From assembly GCA_040901675.1 (NCBI GenBank), contig JBBDYJ010000010.1, positions 330,599 through 394,598 on the forward strand: 64,000 bases of DNA. Reading direction: 5' to 3'. This DNA is from Pirellulales bacterium. GTDB taxonomy: Bacteria > Planctomycetota > Planctomycetia > Pirellulales > JAICIG01. Each line of letters starts with the position of its first letter. Positions within the stretch are counted from its first letter, which is position 1. Positions 9,683 through 19,926 of the stretch are shown here, piece by piece. Under the pieces are notes generated by a model. It made no database searches. It saw only the letters and a list, made by a program, of their open reading frames with translations, and was not told the origin of the DNA. The translations under genes and the position numbers were made by a program.

Positions 9683-9989
9683 GGGGTGGTTCGGTGTTTC
9701 TTGGCTTTGCCTGGCGCGCACGGGGCGGTACTGTATCCGTGCCGCAAGCACCGGTCAATGCCGGCCGGCCGGGTCTCGCCGCGGCCTGGCCGACGTGGCA
9801 CAATGGTCTGGATCGGTCCGGCAGCGCCGGTAAGCAAGCTGGAGCCAGGCGGCCGCTCGAACTGCTCTTGCAGCCCCGATCGGCGAAACGCGAGAATCCG
9901 CGGCGAAGGCAACACCGCCGCTGGAGCCATTTGGCGTCGCCGGTCCCGTACCCTCCGGCGAACTCTTGGTCCCAAGCCATGGAAACACC

Positions 9990-11165
9990 GTGAGAATAGC
10001 GTATCTCGACTGCTTGAGCGGCATCAGCGGCGACATGACGCTCGGCGCGCTGGTGGATGCCGGAGTGGAGTTGGCCGCCATCAGCGAAGCGCTCGATTCG
10101 CTGGGCCTGCCCAATTGCCGGCTGGTCGCCACCGAGGTCAAGAAGAAGGGTTTTCGCGCCACGCAGATCACGGTCGAGCACGAGCCGGAACATGCTCACC
10201 GGCACCTGCACCACATCACCGACATGATCGATGCCAGCCGCCTGACCGAGCGGCAGAAGGACCTGGCCCGCCGCATCTTCATCCGGCTGGCCGAGGCGGA
10301 AGCCAAGGTCCACGGCACGACCGTGCGCAAGGTGCACTTTCACGAAGTGGGCGCGGTCGATTCGATCGCCGACATCGTCGGCGCGGCGGTGGGCTGGGAC
10401 TTGTTGGCCGCCGACCGCATCATCGCTTCCAGCGTGCCCACCGGCCGCGGCACGGTCAGCATCGCGCACGGGCTGTGCAGCATCCCGGCGCCGGCCACCG
10501 CCGAGTTGTTGCGCGGCATTCCGCTGGCCGAGTCGAATGTGAACGCCGAGTTGACCACGCCGACCGGCGCTGCCATCCTGGCCACGCTGGTCGATTCGTT
10601 CGGGCCGGTCCCGGCGATGAAGATCGAGCAGATCGGCTACGGGGCCGGCCAGCGCGATCTGACCGAGCAAGCCAACCTGCTGCGGTTGTTGGTGGGCGAG
10701 TCGTCGCAGCCGATGGCCGCCGACCAGGTGTGGGTGGTCGAGACGAATCTCGACGACGTCTCGGGCGAGGTGGTGGGCTACGCCACCACGCGGCTCTGGG
10801 AGACCGGCGCGTTGGACGTCTACACCACGGCCATCCAGATGAAGAAGAACCGGCCAGGCGTGATGCTGACCGTGCTTTGCCAGGCGGAACATATCGAGCA
10901 GGTCGAGAAGATCCTGTTTCGCGAAACGGCCACGCTGGGGGTGCGCCGCTGGCCCGCCAGCCGGCACAAGCTGGAGCGCAGGCCTCACCAGGTTCAGACC
11001 GAGTTTGGTCCGATCGAGGGAAAGTTGGGCTGGATCGCCGGCCAGGAGGCGAGCTTTTCGCCCGAGTTCGAGTCGTGCAGCCGGGTGGCCGCCGAGCGCG
11101 GCCTGCCTCTCAAGGCGGTCTACGAGGCGGCCCAGAAGGCGTTTGTGCCCCAGCCGGGCCAGTGA
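9990..11165 (+). CDS. larC: Nickel pincer cofactor biosynthesis protein LarC
   Basis: YLDCLSGISGDM, His-rich HAHRHLHH, VHFHEVGAVDSIADI, ETNLDD, MKKNRPG; GTG start. Confidence 0.95.
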   Translation: MRIAYLDCLSGISGDMTLGALVDAGVELAAISEALDSLGLPNCRLVATEVKKKGFRATQITVEHEPEHAHRHLHHITDMIDASRLTERQKDLARRIFIRLAEAEAKVHGTTVRKVHFHEVGAVDSIADIVGAAVGWDLLAADRIIASSVPTGRGTVSIAHGLCSIPAPATAELLRGIPLAESNVNAELTTPTGAAILATLVDSFGPVPAMKIEQIGYGAGQRDLTEQANLLRLLVGESSQPMAADQVWVVETNLDDVSGEVVGYATTRLWETGALDVYTTAIQMKKNRPGVMLTVLCQAEHIEQVEKILFRETATLGVRRWPASRHKLERRPHQVQTEFGPIEGKLGWIAGQEASFSPEFESCSRVAAERGLPLKAVYEAAQKAFVPQPGQ

Positions 11166-11208
11166 CAATTTGCGGCGGAGCCCCGAGGTCCAAGGAAGGA
11201 CAGACTCA

Positions 11209-11838
11209 ATGTGCTCGTTGGCCCAGATCGAAGGAGCAACGGTTCTTTTCCTGATCGCCCTGGCGGTGACGACAGGCTTGCTATTGTTTCGCACGCAACG
11301 GCAGTTGGGCGCGAAGCCCCAGCCCGCGCATCGCTCCGAATGGCGCAAGCCGCAGGCAGCCGCGCGGCCCGCGGTCCCATTGGCGAGCCATAGCGATCCG
11401 CGCCAATGGGAAATCGAGATGCACGACCTGGCCCACGAGTTGTGCGCGCGGATCGATAGTAAGCTTGGCATCCTCGACTCCTTGATTCAGGACGCCCGCC
11501 AGCAGATCACGCGGCTGGAATCGGCCATCGAGCGCGCCGAACGCTTGGCAACGTCGGAAAGTGCCAGCTCGTCCACGCGTCACCCACCAGCCGGCCGTGG
11601 CAATCGCGGCCGCCTGCCGCAGGCGCATCAGGCGGCGGCGTTAGCCGGCGGCCTGCGGGTCGATTTGCCCGCTCTCGACGGGCCGCAGGCCCGCATCGCC
11701 CGGCGTTACGACGAGATCTATGCCCTGGCCGACGCCGGCCACGGCAGCGATCACATCGCCCAGCAACTCGGCAGTCCCGTCGGCGAGATCGAGTTGATTC
11801 TCGGCCTGCGCGACCAGCGCCTCGAAGCGCAGCAGTAG
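11209..11838 (+). CDS. Membrane-anchored coiled-coil protein with C-terminal HTH-like (DUF2802/DUF6115-like) tail
   Basis: N-terminal TM helix, coiled coil, IYALADAG..IAQQLG.PVGEIELILGL. Confidence 0.7.
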   Translation: MCSLAQIEGATVLFLIALAVTTGLLLFRTQRQLGAKPQPAHRSEWRKPQAAARPAVPLASHSDPRQWEIEMHDLAHELCARIDSKLGILDSLIQDARQQITRLESAIERAERLATSESASSSTRHPPAGRGNRGRLPQAHQAAALAGGLRVDLPALDGPQARIARRYDEIYALADAGHGSDHIAQQLGSPVGEIELILGLRDQRLEAQQ

Positions 11839-11883
11839 GACCTTGGGAGCGCGGATATGAAGCGGCTCGATGCGACGTGCAAG

Positions 11884-12288
11884 CTAGCCGCTCAAGCTTG
11901 GAACTTCGAGTTCGATGTCGGAGTCGTGCAGTGCCTTGCCGAGCCGCCGATAGACTTCTCGGGAGTCAGGGTCTGTTGAAAACGGCCCATGAAGGGCAGC
12001 AAAGAGGATTTTCAGCTTGACCTTGCCGAGCGATATGGCGATGTCGAACGATCCCACGTCCTCCAGCACGGCGCGGACGCCTTTGATTCTGCACCCGACG
12101 AGCTCGCCCGTTTCGTCCGAGATGTAGATTGTCACTCGACTATTAAGGCGCCTGCCGTGTTCTGGTTCGTTGCCTACGTAGAGCGTTAAGGCATCAGCGT
12201 CTCGGTCGTAGTGGGCACATGGTGCAAACTCACCGGTCGGTGCATTTTGCTCCAGAAAATCGCCTAGATTGGTTTCCTCGGTGGCCAT
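11884..12288 (-). CDS. Hypothetical protein, DUF2283-like
   Basis: HYDRDADALTLY...GELVGCRI pattern; lower GC; overlaps the upstream ORF. Confidence 0.65.
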   Translation of the reverse strand: MATEETNLGDFLEQNAPTGEFAPCAHYDRDADALTLYVGNEPEHGRRLNSRVTIYISDETGELVGCRIKGVRAVLEDVGSFDIAISLGKVKLKILFAALHGPFSTDPDSREVYRRLGKALHDSDIELEVPSLSG

Positions 12289-12683
12289 ATTCGACTCCAG
12301 CCATCGCCGAACTGTGTTCGGCAGTCATCGACGTTGTCGGGATTAAACTCTTCCCATCGCCATTCTTCTATTTTGCCAGATGGCAGCACAAAGACAAGGA
12401 AGTGCCTATGGGGTGGTGGCGGCAGTTCAATTCCCTGCTTTGGCCGGTCATTCGGACGACCGACGTAGCAGAGGGCATCCTCGAACCCATCGCGGTTCCA
12501 ACCCCTAAACACGGCTAGGGGCTTAGCCAAGACATCCCGGACGCAAAGAATGCGGAACCAACGAGCACTCAATACTCCGCGGGTAATGAACGAAATGGTC
12601 TCCTGACTGATCCAACAGGACCTTATCTGACTGGGGTTGTCCGGGTCAAGTGCATCAATGGTCCAGTGTCTCGGCCGAGCCAT
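12264..12683 (-). CDS. Hypothetical protein, putative toxin partner of the DUF2283-like gene
   Basis: GAAGGGA RBS before ATG12683; low GC; 25-nt overlap with the downstream gene. Confidence 0.6.
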   Translation of the reverse strand: MARPRHWTIDALDPDNPSQIRSCWISQETISFITRGVLSARWFRILCVRDVLAKPLAVFRGWNRDGFEDALCYVGRPNDRPKQGIELPPPPHRHFLVFVLPSGKIEEWRWEEFNPDNVDDCRTQFGDGWSRIWPPRKPI

Positions 12684-12872
12684 ACGCAATCCCTTCATTC
12701 CAGCGAATACTTACGAGCGCATTTCCGGAAACGCTAGAAACTCCCGGCGGCCAGTCAAGCCGTTGATGGGAAACATCCGTACACGATCCCCCCACAGAAT
12801 CCCACTAGGTATTTGTCCTCCCGCCTCGCGGCAGCGACCTTTTGGGTCGAGTCCTCAGTGCCATTACTCTTT

Positions 12873-14945
12873 TTATCTCGGTGCGGCGGGGGGCGGGCTC
12901 AGCTCGTCGAGCGCGGCGAGAATGGCGGCCGTGCCGATGGCCGGCTGCTGACAGGCAAAGTCGTGGCAGACGTAGAGCGCAGGCTCCGAACCCGCCTCTT
13001 TTCCCGCAAACAGCGACTCCAGCCCGCGCGACTCGCCGCGGCCGGGACGGCAAGCTAACACCTTGTTGGGCCAGAACCGGCGGTGCAGCTCGGATAGAAT
13101 CTGGCTGGTCTCCGTGCGGTCCGCGGCCTGGACCAGAACCAGCTCGGGCGTCGGGCCCAGGTGAAAGTCGAGCGCAATCAGCATCTGGCCCGTCGCCGTC
13201 GGATGCCGGCCCATCAACTCCATGAACGATTCCAGCGTGGCCTGGGCCGCGTGCAGGTAATCGGACCGGCCGCACAGCTTGCCCAGCCGCAACAGCGCGG
13301 TGGCGGCCATGGCGTTTCCGCTGGGGACCGAGCTGTCCTGGACGTCCTTCTGCCGGGCAATCAGCACTTCGTGGTCCGCGGCCGTGTAGAAAAAGCCGCC
13401 TCCCTCTTCATCGGCGAATTGTGCCAGCACGACGTCGGCCAGCCCCACGGCCGCGTCGATCCAGCGTTCGTTGAAGCTCGCCTCATAGAGCGTGACCAGG
13501 GCGTTGGCCAGGCAAACGTAATCATCGAGGTAGGCATCGAAACGGGCCCGGCCGCTGCGCCAGGCGTGCAGCAGCCGGCCGTCGTCGCGGCGGATGTGAG
13601 CCAGTATGAAATCGGCAGCCGCCTCGGCGGCCGCCAGGTAGCGCGGCTCGCCGAGCACGCCGGCGGCCTGGGCCATCGAGTCGATCATCAGGCCGTTCCA
13701 GCTCACCAGCACCTTGTCGTCGAGGTCAGGCCAGACCCGCTTGTTGCGCACGGACAGCAGCTTCGCGCGGCTCTCGGCCAATTCCTGGGCCAGTTCGATC
13801 GGATCGCGCGAGAGAATCCTGGCGCACTCCTCAATGGTCTTGGGCAGATTGAGGATGTTGCGGCCTTCGAAGTTGCCCTCTTCGGTGACGTCGTACACGT
13901 AGCAGAATGTCTTGGCCGCCTGGCTCCCCAGCACCTTGTCGACTTCGCCGGGGGTCCAAACGTAGAACTTGCCCTCCTCTCCCTCGCTGTCGGCATCCAG
14001 CGTGCTGTAAAAACCTCCCTGGGGGCCGGTCATCTCGCGGAGCACGTAGTCGAGCGTCTCGCGGGCCACTTGGGCGTAAGCCTCACGGCCGGTGGCCTGA
14101 AAGGCCTCCAGGTAGCAGCCGGCGAGCAAGGCATTGTCGTAGAGCATCTTTTCGAAGTGCGGCACCAGCCAGCGGGCATCGACCGAATAGCGATGAAATC
14201 CACCGCCGAGCTGGTCGTAGATGCCGCCCCTGGCCATCTTGTCGAGCGTCAGTGTGACCATGTGCAGCACTTCGTCGCGCGGTCCGCGGCGCCAGTGCCG
14301 CAACAGCAGCCGCAGGTCCATCGGATGCGGGAACTTGGGCGCCGAGCCGAAGCCCCCGTTTTGATGGTCGAAGGTCCGCGGGAGCATGGCCAGGGCGGCC
14401 TGGAGCGGCTCGCTCGAAAGCCCCTTGCCGGCCGAGCCCAGGCTGCCCGACTGCCGCACGTGCTCGGTCAACTCGCGTGCCTGCTCGAATACCTGCTCGC
14501 GGCGGTTTTGCCAGGCTTCGCTGACCGCGGAGATCACCTGGTCGAAGCCGGGCATTCCCATCCGCCCCGTCGGCGGCCAATAGGTGCCTCCGTAGAACGG
14601 CTGCAAGTCGTGCGTGAGAAACACCGACATGGGCCAGCCGCCGCGGCCGGTCATCAACTGCACGGCGTTCATGTAGATCTGGTCCAGGTCGGGCCGCTCC
14701 TCGCGGTCGACCTTGACGTTCACGAAGGCTTCGTTCAATTTGCCCGCGATCGAGGGGTCCTCAAAGCTTTCGTGCTCCATCACGTGGCACCAGTGACAGG
14801 CCGAATAGCCGATCGACAAAAAGATCGGCTTGTCCTGGGCGCGGGCCTGCTCGATGGCCTCCGGCCCCCAGGCATACCAGTCGACCGGGTTGTCCGCGTG
14901 CTGCAGCAAGTAGGGGCTGGTCTCGTTGGCAAGTCGATTGGGCAT
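12873..14945 (-). CDS. Thioredoxin-domain protein YyaL/SSP411 (DUF255)
   Basis: [39 protein letters not shown]. Confidence 0.96.
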   Translation of the reverse strand: MPNRLANETSPYLLQHADNPVDWYAWGPEAIEQARAQDKPIFLSIGYSACHWCHVMEHESFEDPSIAGKLNEAFVNVKVDREERPDLDQIYMNAVQLMTGRGGWPMSVFLTHDLQPFYGGTYWPPTGRMGMPGFDQVISAVSEAWQNRREQVFEQARELTEHVRQSGSLGSAGKGLSSEPLQAALAMLPRTFDHQNGGFGSAPKFPHPMDLRLLLRHWRRGPRDEVLHMVTLTLDKMARGGIYDQLGGGFHRYSVDARWLVPHFEKMLYDNALLAGCYLEAFQATGREAYAQVARETLDYVLREMTGPQGGFYSTLDADSEGEEGKFYVWTPGEVDKVLGSQAAKTFCYVYDVTEEGNFEGRNILNLPKTIEECARILSRDPIELAQELAESRAKLLSVRNKRVWPDLDDKVLVSWNGLMIDSMAQAAGVLGEPRYLAAAEAAADFILAHIRRDDGRLLHAWRSGRARFDAYLDDYVCLANALVTLYEASFNERWIDAAVGLADVVLAQFADEEGGGFFYTAADHEVLIARQKDVQDSSVPSGNAMAATALLRLGKLCGRSDYLHAAQATLESFMELMGRHPTATGQMLIALDFHLGPTPELVLVQAADRTETSQILSELHRRFWPNKVLACRPGRGESRGLESLFAGKEAGSEPALYVCHDFACQQPAIGTAAILAALDELSPPPAAPR

Positions 14946-15032
14946 CGCAGTTCTCCCTGGGGCAGCCGCGACCTAGCAACCAGTGACATGACCAGGTAGC
15001 AGTCGTCGTGCCGACGGATTGCAAATTGCCGA

Positions 15033-15833
15033 TTACTTGAACAGCCGCTGATTGTCCGGGAACGCGCCGTCGCGGACTTCGTTGCGGTATTGGGTCACGG
15101 CGTCGGTGATCGTCTGCCGCAGGTCGGCGTATGCTTTGACAAACCGGGGCACATAGCCCGACGTGAGCCCCAACAGATCGTGGATCACCAGCACCTGCCC
15201 GTCGCAGGCGGCGCCGGCGCCGATGCCGATCGTCGGGATCGACACGGCGGCCGTGATCTTCGCGGCCAGATCGGCGGGGATGCACTCCAGCACGATGGCA
15301 AAAGCGCCCGCCGACTCCGCCGCCCGGGCGTCGGCCATCAGCTTCTCTGCTTCGCGCTGGACGCGATAGCCCCCCAGCAGGTGGACGCTCTGGGGGCGCA
15401 ACCCGCAGTGCGCCATCACGGGAATGCCCGCGGCAACCAGCGCCTGGATGACGTCGGCCTGGTCGGCGCCCCCTTCCAGCTTGACCGCCTGGCAACGCGT
15501 TTCCTTGAGGATGCGGCCCGCTTGCTCGACGGCCTTGTACGTGCCGAGGTGCCCGCCGGGGAAGGGAAGGTCCACCACCACCAGGGCGTGCCGCACGGCC
15601 CGGCCGACCATCTCGGCATGGTAGATCATCTCGTCCAGCGTGACCGGAAGGGTGTTCGGATGTCCCTGCACGACCATCGACATGCTGTCGCCGACGAGGA
15701 TCCCCTCGATGCCGGTCGCGTCCAGCAGGCTGGCCATGGTGTAGTCGTAGGCCGTCAGCATGCTGATCTTGTGGCCGGACCGCTTGAAGGCCGTGAACTT
15801 CGGAACGGTAATCCGGTTGTCGTCGCCGCTCAT
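15033..15833 (-). CDS. panB: 3-methyl-2-oxobutanoate hydroxymethyltransferase
   Basis: MLTAYD, ILVGDS, AVKLEGG, IGIGAG..CDGQVLV. Confidence 0.97.
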   Translation of the reverse strand: MSGDDNRITVPKFTAFKRSGHKISMLTAYDYTMASLLDATGIEGILVGDSMSMVVQGHPNTLPVTLDEMIYHAEMVGRAVRHALVVVDLPFPGGHLGTYKAVEQAGRILKETRCQAVKLEGGADQADVIQALVAAGIPVMAHCGLRPQSVHLLGGYRVQREAEKLMADARAAESAGAFAIVLECIPADLAAKITAAVSIPTIGIGAGAACDGQVLVIHDLLGLTSGYVPRFVKAYADLRQTITDAVTQYRNEVRDGAFPDNQRLFK

Positions 15834-16078
15834 GCCACCGCCTGGCGAGTAGGTTGCGTCTGATGGGCCATTGAGAGGAGCGGGTAAACCGCGCCCTCGC
15901 TCGGTTGCTCCAGCATTTATTGTCGCGGTGCGGCCTAGGTCTGGCAACCGTCGTCTCCGGCCCAAAGCTTGGCAAGCTCCGGCAAGCCATGCTATGGTGG
16001 CGATTGGAAGCCGACACGGGCGGCAACCTGCGCCATTTTCCGGTCCGGTTTGTAGGTTCAATTCAGGAGGCCCGCAAA

Positions 16079-16849
16079 ATGTCTCTCCGAGTCTTCGCCG
16101 CCCTGCCAGCCATCTTGATGTTGCTGGCCGGAAACCTTGTGCCTGCGCAAGAGCAGCCGTATCTGCCGTTTTCGGGGTCGGGCAAAATCGAGAAGGCCGT
16201 CCGCGGCTTCATCCAGATGAAGAACGATGCCGACGAGCGCTACGTGATCGGCATCCATCCCATGAATACCAGGGTCACGGTGACCGGCACGGCCGACCCC
16301 AGCTTTTTGACCAACGGGCTCTGGGTGCGGTTTTCGGTCGAACTGAACAAGCAGGGCAGGCCGCAGGGCGAGCTGACGGAGCTGACCATCGTCGAGCTCT
16401 CGGAAGTGGTGCAGCCCGGCGCGCAAGCCGACTTGGTGCCAGGCGAAGACGCGAAGGAACAGGAAGGACCGATTCCTTACATCGTCGTCGGACAGGTCCG
16501 CGGCCTTCGCAACGACAACCTGCAAGTCGCCGTGCCCGGCAAGACCTTGAAGCTCAAGCTGGCCGAGGAAGCGAAGATTACGGTCGACGTGAGCAACTAC
16601 GGCCTGGTGCGGCTTGGCGACGAGATCACGGTCGATGGCAAGCAGTACCAGCCCGGCAAGGTGGTGGCCGATCGGGTCGAAATCAAGCTGGTCGAGCCCT
16701 TGGTCGGAAAGGGGAAGAAGCGCGCCCGCCCGAAAAAGGACGCCCAGGAGGCCCAGGAACAGAAGCCCGCGGAGGACGAGAAGCCCGGCGACGAGAAAGC
16801 TTCATTCGACGACGTGCCGGCCGAGGAAGAGAAACCCGGCCCTCAATGA
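16079..16849 (+). CDS. Exported beta-rich hypothetical protein
   Basis: CAGGAGG RBS, signal peptide MSLRVFAALPAILMLLAG, typical codon bias. Confidence 0.75.
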   Translation: MSLRVFAALPAILMLLAGNLVPAQEQPYLPFSGSGKIEKAVRGFIQMKNDADERYVIGIHPMNTRVTVTGTADPSFLTNGLWVRFSVELNKQGRPQGELTELTIVELSEVVQPGAQADLVPGEDAKEQEGPIPYIVVGQVRGLRNDNLQVAVPGKTLKLKLAEEAKITVDVSNYGLVRLGDEITVDGKQYQPGKVVADRVEIKLVEPLVGKGKKRARPKKDAQEAQEQKPAEDEKPGDEKASFDDVPAEEEKPGPQ

Positions 16850-17310
16850 CTTCATCGCTCCAAGAGTTCAGCGGCCAGGAACTGTTTCAGGCCGACCCGC
16901 GGCGAGTGTACGACCTGCTCACCGACTTGGACTCGCTGGCTGCCAGCATCCCCGACCTGGTGTCGGCCGAGCGGACCGGCGAACATTCGCTCAAGTGCGT
17001 GGTCCGGCCGGGATTCTCCTTCTTGCGCGGCACGATGAAGCTGGCGATCTCGCTGGCCGATCTCGTGCCGCCCAAATCGGCCACCATGCAAGTATCGGCG
17101 CAAGGCATCGGCGTCGGCATGCGGCTGACTTCGAACCTGGCGATCGAGCCGGAAGGGACCGGGTCGCGCTTGTTCTGGACGGGACGGATCGAAGAGATGA
17201 CCGGCCTGATCACCAGCGTCAGCCCCGCGCTGGTCAGCGCGGCCGCCCAGCGGACCATCCGGCATGCCTGGCAGCAGGTCCGCCAGCGGCTGGGCGAAGC
17301 GGCCGCCTAG
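16846..17310 (+). CDS. SRPBCC / CoxG family protein
   Basis: FSGQELFQADPRRVYDLLTD..LAASIP; ATGA overlap with the upstream gene. Confidence 0.8.
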   Translation: MTSSLQEFSGQELFQADPRRVYDLLTDLDSLAASIPDLVSAERTGEHSLKCVVRPGFSFLRGTMKLAISLADLVPPKSATMQVSAQGIGVGMRLTSNLAIEPEGTGSRLFWTGRIEEMTGLITSVSPALVSAAAQRTIRHAWQQVRQRLGEAAA

Positions 17311-18488
17311 CGGAAGGCCGCAAAATCCTTGCCCAGCAGACAGGAAGCAATCTTGAGCTTCAAAATCTCGTCGGTCCCTTCGTAGATCCGGCAGACGCGA
17401 ACGTCCTGCAAGTGCCGGCCCACGCGATACAGCTCGGAAAAGCCACGCCCGCCAAACACTTGTACGGCCCGGTCGGCGGCGTCCCAGGCCGCGTTGGAAG
17501 CAAACAACTTGGCCTGCGCCACGGCCAGGTCGGCCTGCTGGCCCAGTTGTTCGTCCGCGGGCGCCAGGTCGCTGGCGTGCTTCGCCTGGGCGGCACGCGT
17601 GACCATGGCCTCGCTCGCGACCCGGTGCTGCTCGATCGCGGCCAGATGGTCCTGGATCAACTGGTGCTTGCCGATCGCCTTGCCATGCTGATGGCGGCTG
17701 CGGGCATAGGAAAGGGCTTCGGCCAGGCAGTCCTCGATCACGCCCACGCAGCCGGCCGCCACGCTCAAGCGGCCTGAGACCAGCGTCCCCATGGCGATGC
17801 GGAAGCCGTCTCCTTCCCGGCCGAGCAGGTTCTCGGCCGGCACCGGATGGTCGGTCATCTGGAACATGCCCGTGTTGGCCGTAAACATGCCGATCTTGCT
17901 CGGCAGGTCTTCCCGTTCGAAGCTTTCGCCGGCCGTGTCGACAATGAAGGCGCTCATCCGCCGCGCTTTCCCCTGGCGATCCTCCGGGTAGGCGAAGACG
18001 ATGACCGCGTCGGCAATCGCGCCGTTGCTGATGAGATACTTGACCCCGTTGAGGACGTAGCCGCCGGCCGTCCGCCGGTAGGTGCTGGTGAGCTCCAGCG
18101 GGTTCGAGCCGGCATCCGGCTCGGTCAATCCAAAAGCCAGGATGCACTCGCCCGCCGCCGCGCGAGGCAGGTATCTGGCGTGCTGATCGGTGTTGCCGTA
18201 CCGCAGAATCGGGTACTCCCCGATCGACGTATGGCCGGAGAAGAACGTCCGCACCCCGGTCCCCTCGCGGCCGATGCGAGCCAGGGCCCGCGAGTAGGTG
18301 ACCGCGTCGGCGCCGCGCCCGCCGTACCGCTCGCTCACCGGCATCGCCAGCAACCCGTGCTTCTTGGCCAGCGGCACCGTCTGGTCGTTGTAGCGATGCT
18401 CGACGTAGCACAGCTCTTCGATGGGACGCAGCTCGGTGCAAAAGGCCTCGACGTCGGCCAGCAGTTGGTCGCGGCTCTCGGTATTCAT
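17307..18488 (-). CDS. Acyl-CoA dehydrogenase
   Basis: FGLTEPDAGS, LNGVKYLISNG, AVQVFGGRG, IYEGTDEI. Confidence 0.95.
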   Translation of the reverse strand: MNTESRDQLLADVEAFCTELRPIEELCYVEHRYNDQTVPLAKKHGLLAMPVSERYGGRGADAVTYSRALARIGREGTGVRTFFSGHTSIGEYPILRYGNTDQHARYLPRAAAGECILAFGLTEPDAGSNPLELTSTYRRTAGGYVLNGVKYLISNGAIADAVIVFAYPEDRQGKARRMSAFIVDTAGESFEREDLPSKIGMFTANTGMFQMTDHPVPAENLLGREGDGFRIAMGTLVSGRLSVAAGCVGVIEDCLAEALSYARSRHQHGKAIGKHQLIQDHLAAIEQHRVASEAMVTRAAQAKHASDLAPADEQLGQQADLAVAQAKLFASNAAWDAADRAVQVFGGRGFSELYRVGRHLQDVRVCRIYEGTDEILKLKIASCLLGKDFAAFR

Positions 18489-19447
18489 CCGGCGTCCTTC
18501 GATTTCGGGGTCGTTTGGTGGGCCAGCATCTCGCTCAAGTGCAGCTCAATGCAGCCGGCGAGCACGCCCGGGTTGTAACCGCCTTCCAGGACGCTCACGA
18601 TTTTTCCGCCGGCGTGCTCGTCGGCCGCGTCGAGCACGCCCTGGGTCAAAGGCCCAAAATCTTCGGTCTCCAGGCCGAGCGAGCCAACCGGATCGTCGCG
18701 ATGGCTGTCGAAGCCCGCGCTGACGAGCACCAGTTGGGGGCGGATCCGCGAGGCAATCTGTTCCAGCGCGGCGCGGAAGCGATCCAGGTAGACCTTGCGC
18801 GGCGTGCCCATTTCGACAGGCACGTTCAGCGTCGTGCCCAGACCTGGCCCGGCTCCCGTCTCTTCAGCCCGGCCGGTTCCCGGATAGAAGGGCCAACGGT
18901 GGATCGAAAAGTATCCGACCTGCGCATCCCGATAAAACGCGTCCTGCGTGCCGTTGCCATGGTGTACGTCCCAGTCGACCACCAGCACCCGGTCGAGACC
19001 CAGCTCGGCGATGGCCAGCCGAGCACCGATGGCCACGTTGTTGAACAGGCAGAAGCCCATGGCATCGTCTTTCAAGGCGTGGTGGCCCGGCGGCCTGACC
19101 AGGCACAGGGCCTGTTGGTCTTCACCCCGGACCACTCGCTCGACGGCATCGGCAACCGCCCCGGCGGCCATCAGCGCCACGTTGTACGAGGCCTGGCTGA
19201 CGACCGTGTCCTGCTCGATCCGCCCACCCCCCTGGGCGGCAAACTCGGCCACGCGCCGGACATAATCGGGCTCGTGGACCCGGGCCAGCCGGGCCATCGA
19301 GACGCCCTGCCAGGCAGGGCGGCGGCAGCGGGCGTCGAGCCCGGTCCGGGCAAGCTCGGCAGTCACTTGCCGCAACCGTTCGGCCCGCTCCGGGTGAGTC
19401 CCCGTTTGATGTTCCAGGAAGACCGGGTCGCTGTACAGAAGCGTCAT
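18485..19447 (-). CDS. Histone deacetylase family protein
   Basis: HPERAERL, RPPGHHA, GFCLFNN, DWDVHHGNGTQ, SAGFD, LEGGY. Confidence 0.96.
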   Translation of the reverse strand: MTLLYSDPVFLEHQTGTHPERAERLRQVTAELARTGLDARCRRPAWQGVSMARLARVHEPDYVRRVAEFAAQGGGRIEQDTVVSQASYNVALMAAGAVADAVERVVRGEDQQALCLVRPPGHHALKDDAMGFCLFNNVAIGARLAIAELGLDRVLVVDWDVHHGNGTQDAFYRDAQVGYFSIHRWPFYPGTGRAEETGAGPGLGTTLNVPVEMGTPRKVYLDRFRAALEQIASRIRPQLVLVSAGFDSHRDDPVGSLGLETEDFGPLTQGVLDAADEHAGGKIVSVLEGGYNPGVLAGCIELHLSEMLAHQTTPKSKDAG

Positions 19448-19517
19448 GGGCAGCTCGCTCAACGCGCAGAAGGCACCGCAAGGGGGCAAAATGACCAGGC
19501 CGCCGAGGCGAATCAAC

Positions 19518-19547
19518 TTGACAATTCGGCACCCCAGGTGGTAGCCT
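19518..19547 (+). promoter_or_regulatory. Putative sigma70 promoter
   Basis: TTGACA (19518-23), 18-bp spacer, TGn-TAGCCT (19542-47). Confidence 0.5.
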
Positions 19548-19554
19548 ACAAAGT

Positions 19555-19670
19555 AAGTGCTGTTGCCTCAACATCTGTTGTCGTTCGGCTTTGCGCTCTC
19601 AATCCCGGCCTCATTCGGACAACTTCATCGCGCAGGTGCGGCGGCGGTAGTGTTGCAGGCAACGGTACTT
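19555..19670 (+). ncRNA. Candidate structured RNA (long irregular hairpin)
   Basis: AAGTGCTGTTGCCT/AGGCAACGGTACTT, CAACA/TGTTG, CTGTTGTCG/CGGCGGCGG and TTGCGC/GCGCAG pair with many G-U pairs; begins just after the promoter. Confidence 0.35.
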
Positions 19671-19926
19671 GAGTGTTGCGGGGCAACAGCGGGTACAAAA
19701 GGAACAGAGACGGTTTGATTTTCGGGTGGGCGCGCGCCGCCACGGCCGTCACGTCAGTTGCCTGCCGCTCCGGGTTGTCCGATCCGGCTTTGGATGGGAA
19801 TGCGGGTTTTCGCAAGCCCACCGCGGGGCTCCATGTGCCACACGGGCCGCTTGCAGTACCTTGACAGCAGTACCTTGACAATCGGATGCTTGTCCGCCGG
19901 TTCAACGGCAGCTAGGATTTTGGTCC

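Noticed and set aside
8570..11254. 894-aa + strand ORF and other long overlapping ORFs (e.g. 9333-11471, 28774-31254, 13161-14999, 42363-44198, 58141-60036)
   Set aside because: Shadow ORFs typical of high-GC DNA: Arg/Gly/Pro-rich, no motifs, overlapping well-supported genes.
11884..12870. Integrative element or prophage boundary
   Set aside because: No integrase, tRNA or att-like repeat visible around the low-GC pair.
19555..19670. SRP RNA, 6S RNA or tmRNA assignment
   Set aside because: No SRP domain IV motif on either strand, no tRNA-like ends, and shorter than typical 6S; kept only as an unnamed candidate.
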